From a virus (Duplodnaviria > Caudoviricetes), in the IMG/VR virus record IMGVR_UViG_3300022682_000066, positions 816 to 64,815 of that record: DNA of 64,000 nt; one strand, 5' to 3'. Numbering within the stretch: position 1 is the first letter of the stretch; each line of letters begins with the position of its first letter. The notes under the pieces are model-generated. The model searched no databases, was not told the DNA's origin, and saw only the letters and a program-made list of their open reading frames with translations. Below, piece after piece: positions 38,467 to 47,490 of this stretch. Both the position numbers and the translations under genes were made by a program.

Positions 38467-39023
38467 TGGCGATTCACTTGTACCGTCCAGGGGATTTGAT
38501 CCTCTGTCACAGTCCCGGGTGGCTTCCAGCGGCAATTCGTTGGGCCACCCGGCGACGTGGTGAACCGATTACATACGCGAACCATACCGCCGGTTTCGTG
38601 GATTCGGAAACCATTGTCGAAGCTCTCTGGAAAGTCGAACGAAAGCCATATCGAGGAAGCATGCCAGAGCCACATCAAGTTTGGCGTCGGAAGGACCTGA
38701 CACCGACGGAACGACTTAAGGTTGCTCTCTGTGCCGAGCAGTATGTGGGGAGGCAATACGGGGTCTTGAAGTTGTTTGCACATCTTGGAGATGCCGTTCT
38801 CGAGAAGCTATTCGGCAGGGATGTCTATATCGTTCGCAGGCTCGCTTTTTTGGACAGATACCCGATCTGTTCTTGGGTGTGGGCTTGGGCATACGATAAG
38901 GCACTCAACATCCGTTTTCGCGGACTGCATCCGCGCTTTGTCACACCTGACGATATGTGGGATCATGTTCGAGAGAACCCCGGGTGGGTCAAGGTAAGTG
39001 AAACGGGCAAGTGGGCTGGCTAA
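38466..39023 (+). CDS. permuted papain-like NlpC/P60 (YiiX-like) hydrolase
   Basis: PGDLIL, NHTAG, VEAL, YVGRQYG, ICS..AWAY, TPDD. Confidence 0.75.
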   Translation: MAIHLYRPGDLILCHSPGWLPAAIRWATRRRGEPITYANHTAGFVDSETIVEALWKVERKPYRGSMPEPHQVWRRKDLTPTERLKVALCAEQYVGRQYGVLKLFAHLGDAVLEKLFGRDVYIVRRLAFLDRYPICSWVWAWAYDKALNIRFRGLHPRFVTPDDMWDHVRENPGWVKVSETGKWAG

Positions 39024-39029
39024 TAAGAA

Positions 39030-39057
39030 GGGGGAGGACTGTCTCCCCCTTTTTTTT
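39030..39057 (+). terminator. intrinsic terminator at the convergence of the two arms
   Basis: GGGGGAG-6nt-CTCCCCC followed by T8. Confidence 0.88.
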
Positions 39058-39078
39058 GGCTGAATGGTTTTCTTCGCT

Positions 39079-39390
39079 TCAGTAAAGTTGTTCCGTCGGA
39101 GCGAAAATTGAATCGTTGAATTCTGTTTCTACTATTACCTGTATATACGCCACGAGTAATTTGGAAATAGCATCATCTGCGAACGTTCGCCGGACTGCAT
39201 CCTCGTTAATGAAGCGGTCGTGTGTTGCTTCAAACAAGTCCCGAATAACCGATTCGGCATACTTTTTGAAGAGCCACCGGTCTACGGCGCGTTGGACGAG
39301 GTACTCATTGGAGTACAGCCCCAAATATACACGCATTTGCCGGACGCGGTAGCGCAGCCACTCGCGAATCATGTAGAATCGGCGTTTCAT
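39079..39390 (-). CDS. hypothetical protein
   Basis: ATG 39390, TAATG-coupled to the upstream gene. Confidence 0.6.
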   Translation of the reverse strand: MKRRFYMIREWLRYRVRQMRVYLGLYSNEYLVQRAVDRWLFKKYAESVIRDLFEATHDRFINEDAVRRTFADDAISKLLVAYIQVIVETEFNDSIFAPTEQLY

Positions 39391-39641
39391 TAAAGATCCT
39401 CCATGGTATAATGCTCGGGGCAACATTCCCCGACTTCCTCGTCGATAACCCCTTCTTCGTGGCGATGACGACCGCAGATACCGCAGATATACGCCCGCCC
39501 TTCTTGGAGCTCGTTCATCTTGCGAATGTATCGCCGGGTCACGAACCAAGCGATTCCCAAAGCAACACAAACGGCAATCACAACGATTGGTAGAATTCGC
39601 CAAACGAAAAACGAACTCCAGATTGAGAGTGTTTCTATCAT
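39390..39641 (-). CDS. membrane protein with Cys/His cluster
   Basis: MIETLS...TM...CGICGRH...CCPEH; AGGAAGG RBS. Confidence 0.6.
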   Translation of the reverse strand: MIETLSIWSSFFVWRILPIVVIAVCVALGIAWFVTRRYIRKMNELQEGRAYICGICGRHRHEEGVIDEEVGECCPEHYTMEDL

Positions 39642-39675
39642 ACCAACCACCTTCCTTTCTTGGTTGCTGTTTGTG

Positions 39676-40002
39676 CTATTGGCCTCCCCCATGCTTACGG
39701 ACATCCGCCAGAGACGGCGCCGCGATTCCGGATTTTTTCGCCTTGCTCGCAGCGGCAACTTGTGTCCAGAAATTCGCGAGGTGCTTATTCGCAGGGTAGG
39801 TTGTCAGGACATGACGCTCGTGCGGGGCTTTGATTTTGGTAGCGCAGGTATGGCGTTCGTTCAGTAACGGCGTTCCGCCGCCACCGTCTTGGTTCATGAC
39901 AACCGGTTCCTCCCAGAATTCGTTCATCTCGTTGTAGACAACGGTCCCGCCCAGGGCCATGATGGCAACCATCACTCGACTTTTCGAATCTGCCTTTTTC
40001 AT
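39676..40002 (-). CDS. hypothetical protein
   Basis: 108 aa, AGGAGG RBS. Confidence 0.55.
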   Translation of the reverse strand: MKKADSKSRVMVAIMALGGTVVYNEMNEFWEEPVVMNQDGGGGTPLLNERHTCATKIKAPHERHVLTTYPANKHLANFWTQVAAASKAKKSGIAAPSLADVRKHGGGQ

Positions 40003-40011
40003 AACAACCTC

Positions 40012-40425
40012 CTAGTTGTGATTTGTTTTATAGATTTCTCGAAGCAGAAGCAGCACTCGGGTGGGTACCGCTTTCGTTCGATTCTGTTCATGAGGAGGCC
40101 ATACCTCGAGGATCCAAACTCCGGATGGGCTGTTTATCTCATAAACCATTTCTTTGCCATCCCCTTCGGGTTTGACATTCAATGTGAGCGCATCCGGATT
40201 ACCGATCACCATATTTACGACATCATGAATGATCTCGAGTCGGCCGGTTGATGTTTCGATAACGACCGTGGTGGTTTCTTCCCCGAAGGCTTCATTTGGT
40301 GTGCAGCCCACAAGGGCCCAGACCAGGATAATGATCCCCAGTACGAAGAGTAACGCGGTGAGGATGGTGTCAGCCCACCAGCGAATTGCTGAACTGGGTT
40401 GATGCCATTTCTTGTGATTACTCAT
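40012..40425 (-). CDS. putative membrane lipoprotein
   Basis: ATG 40425; hydrophobic stretch ending LVGC. Confidence 0.55.
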   Translation of the reverse strand: MSNHKKWHQPSSAIRWWADTILTALLFVLGIIILVWALVGCTPNEAFGEETTTVVIETSTGRLEIIHDVVNMVIGNPDALTLNVKPEGDGKEMVYEINSPSGVWILEVWPPHEQNRTKAVPTRVLLLLREIYKTNHN

Positions 40426-40610
40426 TCGGGGCCTCCTTCGTTTTCCAGGCGGGACCAGTCCAGCTCGGGTTTGATTTTCGGCATTTCTTTGCCGCGTAGT
40501 TTTTGACACATATCATAAGCTGCTTCTTCATTCATATGGTTTTGTTCTTTGGCGGCTTCTTCGCGCAGCTTCTGGCGCGTTTCCCAATTAGGGTACGGTA
40601 CTTTTTTCAT
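40422..40610 (-). CDS. hypothetical protein
   Basis: 62 aa, coupled on both sides. Confidence 0.55.
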   Translation of the reverse strand: MKKVPYPNWETRQKLREEAAKEQNHMNEEAAYDMCQKLRGKEMPKIKPELDWSRLENEGGPE

Positions 40611-40837
40611 TAGAATTTCCAGCTAATTCCGAGAAAGATTTGGGATACTTTGATATCTTTCATGGTCGATATCCCGATTTCTCGAAGGTTTGGGACGTTT
40701 TCAATATCAATGTTTACCTCGTAACCGAGACGACGAACTGTTTCAATTTTGTGTTCCAGTAATTTGGCTGTTTCTTGAAGGTCTTTGATTTGGTCCTTAT
40801 GCTCTTTGGGGAAGGATGGTTGTTGTTTATTACTCAT
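40610..40837 (-). CDS. hypothetical protein
   Basis: 75 aa, coupled on both sides. Confidence 0.55.
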   Translation of the reverse strand: MSNKQQPSFPKEHKDQIKDLQETAKLLEHKIETVRRLGYEVNIDIENVPNLREIGISTMKDIKVSQIFLGISWKF

Positions 40838-41424
40838 AAACCCACCTCTACAATTTTGTCAGCACCTTGAATGAGTTCAGGACTGTGACTGACCATTAGT
40901 ATTTGGACCCCAAGTCGATGGGAGAGTTCTCGCAGCATGAGCGCACCCTTGATCGGCATTTCTTTTCCTTTGAGATACTTGAGTGGCTCGTCGAGTATGA
41001 GCAGGTTGCGCGTTCGTGGTTGGCGTATCGACCACATAGTCATCTGAAGGGCCAACGCGGCGATGTCTACTGCGCCTCCTCCGGCCGCATCCATCGGTGC
41101 GATTTTCAGCCTGTCGCGCTCGAAATAAATGTGGGCTTGGGTTGCGGTCCCCTTCGTTTCGAAATCCAAAGACAGGGTATAGGGCTCCTGCAGAACTCCG
41201 GCCAGTGCGAGTGTCGCGAGCTCGGAAACGCGGTACTCCAGTTGTTTTTGGGTTTGTCGTGCTACAGATTGGATTACCTCGAGGGCTTTTTTCTGATTCT
41301 CAAGGCGCCGTTCTTGCTTTCTTTGTTTCCGCTTGGTATGCTTCAAGTCTTCGAGATTCCTATCTCGTTGACCTTTGAGACGTTCAATTTGAGCGCGAGC
41401 AGCGGTTATTCTTGTGTCTGTCAT
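40834..41424 (-). CDS. SbcC/Rad50 C-terminal half
   Basis: coiled coil, signature-like AAGGG, LLILDEP Walker B, MVSH. Confidence 0.85.
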   Translation of the reverse strand: MTDTRITAARAQIERLKGQRDRNLEDLKHTKRKQRKQERRLENQKKALEVIQSVARQTQKQLEYRVSELATLALAGVLQEPYTLSLDFETKGTATQAHIYFERDRLKIAPMDAAGGGAVDIAALALQMTMWSIRQPRTRNLLILDEPLKYLKGKEMPIKGALMLRELSHRLGVQILMVSHSPELIQGADKIVEVGL

Positions 41425-41660
41425 TGCAGCGTCTCTTCAATGTCAGCAAGCATATCATGAAGTTCATCCTCGAGGCCTTCGGCTTCTTTTCGGAGAGCTT
41501 CGATTTTCTTCTTTGCCTTTGCGATGGACGGCACTCCGAGATTTTGCAACTGCTCCAATGCGCTGTCTCGACGTCCTTTGAGGATTGCAATTTGTTCTTT
41601 GCTATCCTCGATATCTTCTTTCAATCGTATCAGATGTGCTCTCTTCTTTTGGTTTGCCAT
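41421..41660 (-). CDS. small coiled-coil protein
   Basis: 79 aa of heptads between sbcD and the SbcC C-half. Confidence 0.7.
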   Translation of the reverse strand: MANQKKRAHLIRLKEDIEDSKEQIAILKGRRDSALEQLQNLGVPSIAKAKKKIEALRKEAEGLEDELHDMLADIEETLQ

Positions 41661-41662
41661 TA

Positions 41663-42562
41663 TTACCTCACAATCGCTTCTTGGATTATCTTTTTAATCG
41701 GGCTTGCTACTTTGTTGGTTGCGAGAAATTCGTCCATATTCTTTTCGAATGACAACCCAACTTCATATTCTCGATCGAGTCTTGCAATAAATTCGTTGAT
41801 ACGTTTGTCGAGTTCTTGTTTAGGGTCTATGTGGTCCCTTGTAACAACACCCTTTTTGATCGGATAATATATGGGTTCCACTGTGTTGGTCTTTTTATAC
41901 CAGGCGTAGATGCGTGGGCGGTGTTTGATCTGATCAGCGGTTCTACGCATCATTGAGCCGGGGTTTACAAGAAGCCGCCCGTCACGATGCTTGTAGGTAA
42001 ACGGTTTGTGGTTATCCCCTGTGATGATCAACTTGTAAGCTGACAGTTTATTCATAAGCCAACTTACACGAGCTTCTTTGGGGCATCCAGGCCAAGGAGC
42101 CCGGCCCATATATGTGAAGCGATGAAGTACGGCAACGTCTCCTACAGTTGGTAGTGGTTGAGCCCAACTGCTTCCTGCGAGGAGAAAATGTTTGTTGACT
42201 TTCGTGACTTTTTTCGGCTCGAGAATTGACGTCTTCCCGGCAGATACGAGGATACCTAATGCCGAGCGCAGTAGTTGATCGTAGGAATGCCCGGGCAGGT
42301 CGTGCTGCCCGGCCACCCCATAGAAATTCGGAAGGGAGACCAGTGCCGCTACGATTACTTCAAGAGACTGTCGGTTGGGCCTGTCAAAAACGTCCCCGGC
42401 AATCACAAGCGGCACTGGTCGGTCCCAACGCTTCTGGACTTTGCCCAGAAATTTGATCTTGCGGATCATCGCTGCTCGGAAATCATCCGTGCGGCAAAGC
42501 GGTTGGCGGTCGTCGATGTGTGTGTCCGCCGCAATGAGGAGGTCGGGGCGTCTCACACCCAA
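41663..42562 (-). CDS. sbcD: SbcD/Mre11-like metallophosphoesterase nuclease
   Basis: ADTH, AGDVFD, GQHD, GDNH, NPGSMMR. Confidence 0.88.
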   Translation of the reverse strand: MGVRRPDLLIAADTHIDDRQPLCRTDDFRAAMIRKIKFLGKVQKRWDRPVPLVIAGDVFDRPNRQSLEVIVAALVSLPNFYGVAGQHDLPGHSYDQLLRSALGILVSAGKTSILEPKKVTKVNKHFLLAGSSWAQPLPTVGDVAVLHRFTYMGRAPWPGCPKEARVSWLMNKLSAYKLIITGDNHKPFTYKHRDGRLLVNPGSMMRRTADQIKHRPRIYAWYKKTNTVEPIYYPIKKGVVTRDHIDPKQELDKRINEFIARLDREYEVGLSFEKNMDEFLATNKVASPIKKIIQEAIVR

Positions 42563-42756
42563 CCCTCTCTTATGAGAAATTCTTCCTCAACGGAAAATGA
42601 AATCTCGTCGTCGACAGAGAATTCAGAGTCGTCCCAGTCTTGGATGCACATTTTCGGAATGAAGCCCTTCTTACCAGTACCATCGACACAAAGTACCGCT
42701 CCTGCGCTGATGTACTCTATTGTGACGTCGATTTCGTAGTAGTTTCTTTCAGACAT
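42553..42756 (-). CDS. small acidic hypothetical protein
   Basis: 67 aa, AAGGAGG RBS. Confidence 0.6.
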   Translation of the reverse strand: MSERNYYEIDVTIEYISAGAVLCVDGTGKKGFIPKMCIQDWDDSEFSVDDEISFSVEEEFLIREGWV

Positions 42757-42776
42757 ATTTGCCTCCTTGACGGTTT

Positions 42777-43691
42777 TTATTTGGAAACCCTACCGCATAG
42801 TGGGCACGGGGCCCCTTCCAATGCGGTGTGTAATTCTTCTTCAGCGGAAGCGATACGTTTTTTGTGATTTGCAATCTCTTCTTCTAGGTCTGTGATTCGA
42901 AGACTTGCCAGATGCAGTTCTTGAATTTGTTTACGGCACGTTTCTAGTGTGTGGTATTGCTTTAGTGCCGTATCTACCAATGCTTCTAGGGCGTTTGGGA
43001 ATTTCTTTCGTGCGGATCGTAATAGGGTTTCTTGTTCCTGCAGGTACTGTGTTGCCTGATACAATTGGGCGGCTTTACTATGCAAACCCTGCACTCGTTT
43101 CTGGTGTGACTCGGCCTTTGCCATTTTCATGTCAAGTTTGTCTAGCCCGTCGTAACGAGTAAGTGTTTCTTCAAGATACTCTATTTGGCTGTCATTCGCC
43201 CGTATATTGGATTGCGTCTCCCGCACTTGCCCGCTCACTGTACTAATGGCGTGATCGATTATGTCGAGATTGGCGATGTTATTGAGTTCCTTTGCGACTT
43301 GTCCCGGTGTTTTTGAAAGTAAGAAGGCCGGGTCCCCTTGGAACAGAAAGTTGAGTCGGTCGAGTCGCAGGGTGTTTCGAATTTCATCCGGTACGCCTCT
43401 ACCAAACGATTTGAATTGCTCTTTGTTGAGTGTGTAATAATTTGCCTTGTCTGTGCGTACACGACGGAGGACATCCCCTTCTTCCGTTTTGATAGTAACC
43501 GAGGTGCGCCCTCCCCAAGAACTGCGAAACGCATCTCCAGCAGGTTCGTTGAAAACAAGCCAACGCAAAGCACGGATAATTGCAGTTTTTCCTGCATCGG
43601 AGGGACCTACTATGACGTTGACCCCTTCGTCAAGTTCGATGTCTAGCTTTTTATGAGCCTGGAAGTTGCGAATGGAGATGCTTTCGAACAT
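42777..43691 (-). CDS. SbcC/Rad50 N-terminal half ending in a Zn hook
   Basis: IRNFQAH, GPSDAGKT Walker A, coiled coil, terminal CPLCG. Confidence 0.88.
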   Translation of the reverse strand: MFESISIRNFQAHKKLDIELDEGVNVIVGPSDAGKTAIIRALRWLVFNEPAGDAFRSSWGGRTSVTIKTEEGDVLRRVRTDKANYYTLNKEQFKSFGRGVPDEIRNTLRLDRLNFLFQGDPAFLLSKTPGQVAKELNNIANLDIIDHAISTVSGQVRETQSNIRANDSQIEYLEETLTRYDGLDKLDMKMAKAESHQKRVQGLHSKAAQLYQATQYLQEQETLLRSARKKFPNALEALVDTALKQYHTLETCRKQIQELHLASLRITDLEEEIANHKKRIASAEEELHTALEGAPCPLCGRVSK

Positions 43692-44107
43692 CAGCCCTTC
43701 CTCCGAACGACACGGCGCTGCTTTGGCCCTCCCAATGCAAGGCGGCTTTCTTCTGCGAGCCGGGTTGCTCTTGCAGTTGCAGTTCGTTTTTCCTCAGCCT
43801 TTTTTCGAGCCTCATGTCCGGCTTTGATTGCTTTTTGGCGTATTTTCTCGAAGTCAGAAGAGATGCTCCCGTCAACAGTCCAGATGGGCATCCAATGACT
43901 AATGTGCCGATCGTATGAAAGAGCGTGCGGCTTGTGGAAGGCGTCTTTTCCAAGTTCCGTTTGGGCGTGGAGCCTGGCGAGGCAAGATGTCCAGATGTAG
44001 ATTCGTTTTGTATGATGATTAAAGACCAAGATGTCTTCTTCAGTTGCTGGCGGCAACTTATCCTTAATGCGAATCCACATCTTCACAAAAAGCGGCTTCC
44101 GCTTCAT
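43691..44107 (-). CDS. hypothetical protein
   Basis: WIRIKDKLP...ISHWMP (DUF551-like); basic C-terminus. Confidence 0.6.
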   Translation of the reverse strand: MKRKPLFVKMWIRIKDKLPPATEEDILVFNHHTKRIYIWTSCLARLHAQTELGKDAFHKPHALSYDRHISHWMPIWTVDGSISSDFEKIRQKAIKAGHEARKKAEEKRTATARATRLAEESRLALGGPKQRRVVRRKG

Positions 44108-44649
44108 TAGTCAACCCCCATATGAATACGCCGGGCCTTTTCAGCCATGAGAGCAGCATCAGCTCGTCCGTCTTTCCACCCACCCTTCGGACCTGAGAAT
44201 TGCTGACGGTTATCAGGCCACATTCGAAAGACCGCAACTTTGGCTCTAGTTTTGGCGTCGGGGCCGTCGCTGCGAACAACCAGTCCCTTTTGCCAGCTTT
44301 GTGGTGCGAGAAGTTGGTACGGAATTCGCAGTATGGTAAGCAGGCAGTGCCAGATACCACAGTTCTGTCCAAAGGTGAACATGGATTTCGCCCCGCGGGT
44401 TTGTGCTTGACCGAATTTGTTGATTGCCGGTCGGGGTATGACACGTTCAAGAACAGCGAAGACGATATCGTATTGAGCGCGCCACTGTAAGAGTTCGTGG
44501 TAGATTTCCAGCGGATCGTTTGTGCGGGGCCAGTCGTATAGAAAGAGATCCGCGCCTGGGACCAAAAGGCATGCGGCGCCGGACTTGCCGGGGTCTATTC
44601 CCACAAAGGCTTCCGGTTTGATTTTTCGTCTTACCTTTCTTGCACTCAT
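44107..44649 (-). CDS. RuvC-like Holliday junction resolvase
   Basis: VGIDPGKSGA, VLE, SMFTFG, PQSWQK, DGRADAALMA. Confidence 0.85.
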   Translation of the reverse strand: MSARKVRRKIKPEAFVGIDPGKSGAACLLVPGADLFLYDWPRTNDPLEIYHELLQWRAQYDIVFAVLERVIPRPAINKFGQAQTRGAKSMFTFGQNCGIWHCLLTILRIPYQLLAPQSWQKGLVVRSDGPDAKTRAKVAVFRMWPDNRQQFSGPKGGWKDGRADAALMAEKARRIHMGVD

Positions 44650-45794
44650 TTGAACCTCCCGGGTCTTCCGGAAAGCAGGCTGTTTTCGACGTCTGTCCAA
44701 GCTGTTTGGGCTACCTGCTGAAGTTTGCGGTGTAGTCCTTTGGATTCGATATAGTTGATCAATTGATCGCGAGTGGCTTCCACTTTCAATTCTTTTGCAC
44801 GAATCTTTTGTTTCGTTTTGTGCCACCACTTGGACTTGAGCAGGTAGTCGATAATCGAGCCAACATCATCAAGACCCGGCCGATCGTAGAAAATATCGAA
44901 CTCGACTGTACGGATTTTCCCAGTGATGGAGTTTTTATCCATTTCCACTTTCGTTGTGACACCGATCTTGTATTTGATGTTCCGCTTGGTTTTGGTCTTG
45001 GTTTGGACTTTGTGCAGAACAGGACGTATATGACTGGCAAAGAATGGCGCGTTGCCCCCGCTGGTGCGCCACTGCTTGGCAAACGCTTGCCCTCCGATAT
45101 TCGTTCTGAGTTGTTGGACGATGATTACGAGACTCTGAGTATCTTTCACCTTCCCTTTAATCAATCGGAGCACTCGGCCGATGATACCGGCCTTGCGTCC
45201 GGCAAATGCTTCAGCGACCTTCTTTGCGGCATCATCCGATTTGATCCGGGCCATTGCTGCGGCTTGTTCTTTGTCGAGCTCTTCTCGTGTGGTGAGAACA
45301 TCTAAAGAGTCGCAGATGTAGATAAAGGGCTTCCCGGCTTTCGTGAGTGTCTTGATATTGTCGCCCAGGTCTTCGACGGTATCGGAAATACCCAGTGGCG
45401 GGTCTGAAATACGCTTTGCCAGACGCTTCCCGAATAGATAAGGAATATCGAATTCTTGGCGCCGTTCGATATCATCGAAAATCAAGGCATAATCCTTGAA
45501 CCGTTTTTCTTGAGCACATGCCGCAAGAGTGGAAAGACAAAGAAAGGTCTTGCCGCTTGCCGAAGCTCCTGGCAAGGTAACGATGTTGCCCAGGGGCCAG
45601 CCGCCCGCTATCCGATCAGAACAAGCGAGATTCAGCAGAGTGGATCCGGTCGGGGCTAACGTATCGGGAGAAACCTCCCGAGGCGTTTCTGGCCGATGTG
45701 AGCGTTTCTGTATCGCTTCGGCTACGTCCGCCGGGGAGGTCTTTCGGACGACCTTTCTATCCGATTTGCGGGCGACTGCCCTGCGCCTGGTCAT
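44646..45794 (-). CDS. recA: RecA/UvsX recombinase
   Basis: TGSTLLN, GASASGKT, DSLD, QLRTNIG, TSGGNA.FFAS. Confidence 0.9.
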   Translation of the reverse strand: MTRRRAVARKSDRKVVRKTSPADVAEAIQKRSHRPETPREVSPDTLAPTGSTLLNLACSDRIAGGWPLGNIVTLPGASASGKTFLCLSTLAACAQEKRFKDYALIFDDIERRQEFDIPYLFGKRLAKRISDPPLGISDTVEDLGDNIKTLTKAGKPFIYICDSLDVLTTREELDKEQAAAMARIKSDDAAKKVAEAFAGRKAGIIGRVLRLIKGKVKDTQSLVIIVQQLRTNIGGQAFAKQWRTSGGNAPFFASHIRPVLHKVQTKTKTKRNIKYKIGVTTKVEMDKNSITGKIRTVEFDIFYDRPGLDDVGSIIDYLLKSKWWHKTKQKIRAKELKVEATRDQLINYIESKGLHRKLQQVAQTAWTDVENSLLSGRPGRFK

Positions 45795-45990
45795 TCAGGA
45801 ACTCCTTGTATTTGGTCTTTTCGATATAAAACCGCCCACGCGGGACCGGTTGAAAGACCATATCGGGTCTCGCTTTCGCCCAAGTCCGGACCCATCCGAG
45901 AAATGTGGGACGGGCCACGTAGATGTTGAGTTGTTCTTCAAGCATCCGTTGGGCTTCATTGGTGTCGATGCGTTCTGTTTTGCCTGCCAT
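45757..45990 (-). CDS. small DNA-binding (excisionase-like HTH) protein
   Basis: IDTNEA..L..VARPTFLGW...GRFYI. Confidence 0.5.
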   Translation of the reverse strand: MAGKTERIDTNEAQRMLEEQLNIYVARPTFLGWVRTWAKARPDMVFQPVPRGRFYIEKTKYKEFLNDQAQGSRPQIG

Positions 45991-46001
45991 AAGAGCCTCC
46001 T

Positions 46002-46029
46002 AAAAGTGGGGGAGGTCGCCCTCCCCCAC
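46002..46029 (-). terminator. intrinsic terminator after the SSB gene
   Basis: GTGGGGGAG/CTCCCCCAC 9-bp stem followed by TTTT on the - strand. Confidence 0.75.
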
Positions 46030-46037
46030 ATTGCGAT

Positions 46038-47339
46038 CTAAACGCCTTCCTTGGCGTCCGAGCAGGCAGCCCAGGTTTCTTCGTCACATTCGTTGCAGTC
46101 GTCAACTTCGTCCGTGTCGGCGCCGAACTTGTGACCGTAGGGGCATTTTCCCTTCTTGCCCTTCGAGGGCTTCGAGGCCTTCTTGCCCTTCTTGCCCTTC
46201 GTGGTCTTCTTGCCCTTCGTGGTCTTCTTGCCCTTCTTCGGCTTTTTGGGAGGTTCGGGTTCCTCGTCTTCGTCGTCCTCGTCGTCGTCGAGATCCTCGT
46301 CCTCGTCCTCGTCGTCGTCGAGATCCTCGTCGAAGTCGTCCTCCTCCTCGTCGTCCTCCTCCTCGTCGTCCTCCTCCTCGTCGTCTTCGTCGTCGTCGTC
46401 TTCGTCGTCGAGATCCTCGTCGTCCTCGTCGTCGAGATCTTCGTATTCCTCGTCGTCCTCGTCGTCGAGATCTTCGTCGTCGAGATCCTCGTCCTCGTCT
46501 TCGTCAGACTCGGGGATTTCGAAGAACATTTTTTCGAGGTCCTTGTACGATTCGATTCGGAGAGCTGTGCTCAGGTCGAACACTTCTTCGAGGATTTCGT
46601 CGTCCAGGGGTTCGCGGCGTTTGGCGAAGTCGATTCGGTTGACATCCCAGAACGAGCCGAACGAGCTGGTCTCCTCGACGAACCGACAGTTGAGATCGAA
46701 GCCCTTGGTGTCCGGGAGGTAGAAACTCGCCCAGAATTCGTCGCCTTCCTGGATTTCCATGTCCAGCTGTTTGCCGAAAAGGTGGTAGCTGGCATCCCAG
46801 AGGAAGACCTTCTCCGACTTGTGGTCGTAGATGAAGTAGAGTTCGCGGTCCTTCTGGCGAATATCGGAGATCAAGGACTTGTTCTCGGCGTAGTCCTGCT
46901 TGAGCCGATTGACTTCTTCACAAATCGGGCAGGGTTTGCCGACCGATTGGAGGCAAACGACCTTCCGGTTTTGGGGGCCGATATTGGCGTGCTGCATGAA
47001 CGATCGACGATACCAAAGCTGACCCGGCTCGATACCGTCCGGATGGTTGGATTCTTCGACGATGTAGGGAAGGACGCTGAACTTGGTCCGCTCTCGGGGC
47101 TTCCAGACCTCCATATCCGAGACGAGGGTCCAGCTGCCGCTTCGTTCCCGTTTCCGAGCCGCAGCCCGTTCACGAGCTCGATTGGCTGCGTCCTTCCGTG
47201 CAGTCTTGGAAGCCGTTTGCTTGATGCGTTCTGCAACCGACGCTTTTTTCTTTTTGCTGGTCTTGCTTGCCTTGGGCCGGGTCTTCTTGCTGCCGTCGGC
47301 TTTGTTCGTCTTCTTCGTTCCCTTCTTTCCCTTTGCCAT
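46038..47339 (-). CDS. gp32-like single-stranded DNA-binding protein with long acidic tract
   Basis: H.NIG...VVCLQSVGKPCPICE Zn motif; ~75-residue D/E tract; Lys-rich flanks. Confidence 0.78.
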   Translation of the reverse strand: MAKGKKGTKKTNKADGSKKTRPKASKTSKKKKASVAERIKQTASKTARKDAANRARERAAARKRERSGSWTLVSDMEVWKPRERTKFSVLPYIVEESNHPDGIEPGQLWYRRSFMQHANIGPQNRKVVCLQSVGKPCPICEEVNRLKQDYAENKSLISDIRQKDRELYFIYDHKSEKVFLWDASYHLFGKQLDMEIQEGDEFWASFYLPDTKGFDLNCRFVEETSSFGSFWDVNRIDFAKRREPLDDEILEEVFDLSTALRIESYKDLEKMFFEIPESDEDEDEDLDDEDLDDEDDEEYEDLDDEDDEDLDDEDDDDEDDEEEDDEEEDDEEEDDFDEDLDDDEDEDEDLDDDEDDEDEEPEPPKKPKKGKKTTKGKKTTKGKKGKKASKPSKGKKGKCPYGHKFGADTDEVDDCNECDEETWAACSDAKEGV

Positions 47340-47364
47340 GTCGATCTCCTTATTTAGGTTTGGG

Positions 47365-47490
47365 TTACCGTCCTAATTTGGACCTATGCCAGGCATATGA
47401 TACGAGTCGGGTTGCGGCATACAACCAGAACAAGGCGTACCAACTGCCCACAAACCAGTCGATTACACAGTATCCAAAGAAATCAGGCAC
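47365..47490 (-). CDS. 41-aa hydrophobic peptide (not in ORF track)
   Basis: GTG overlapping the end of the upstream gene, AAGGAGG RBS; MPDFFGYCVIDWFVGSWYALFWLYAATRLV... Confidence 0.5.
   Translation of the reverse strand: MPDFFGYCVIDWFVGSWYALFWLYAATRLVSYAWHRSKLGR

Noticed and set aside
46260-46505. tcgtcgtcc-type tandem repeats as a possible CRISPR or VNTR
   Set aside because: No repeat-spacer structure; explained by Asp/Glu codons
46131-47357. + strand ORFs with poly-Ser or poly-Val/Leu runs (also 57397-58347)
   Set aside because: Reverse-complement readings of GAC/GAG acidic tracts; not counted among the Ser/Thr tags
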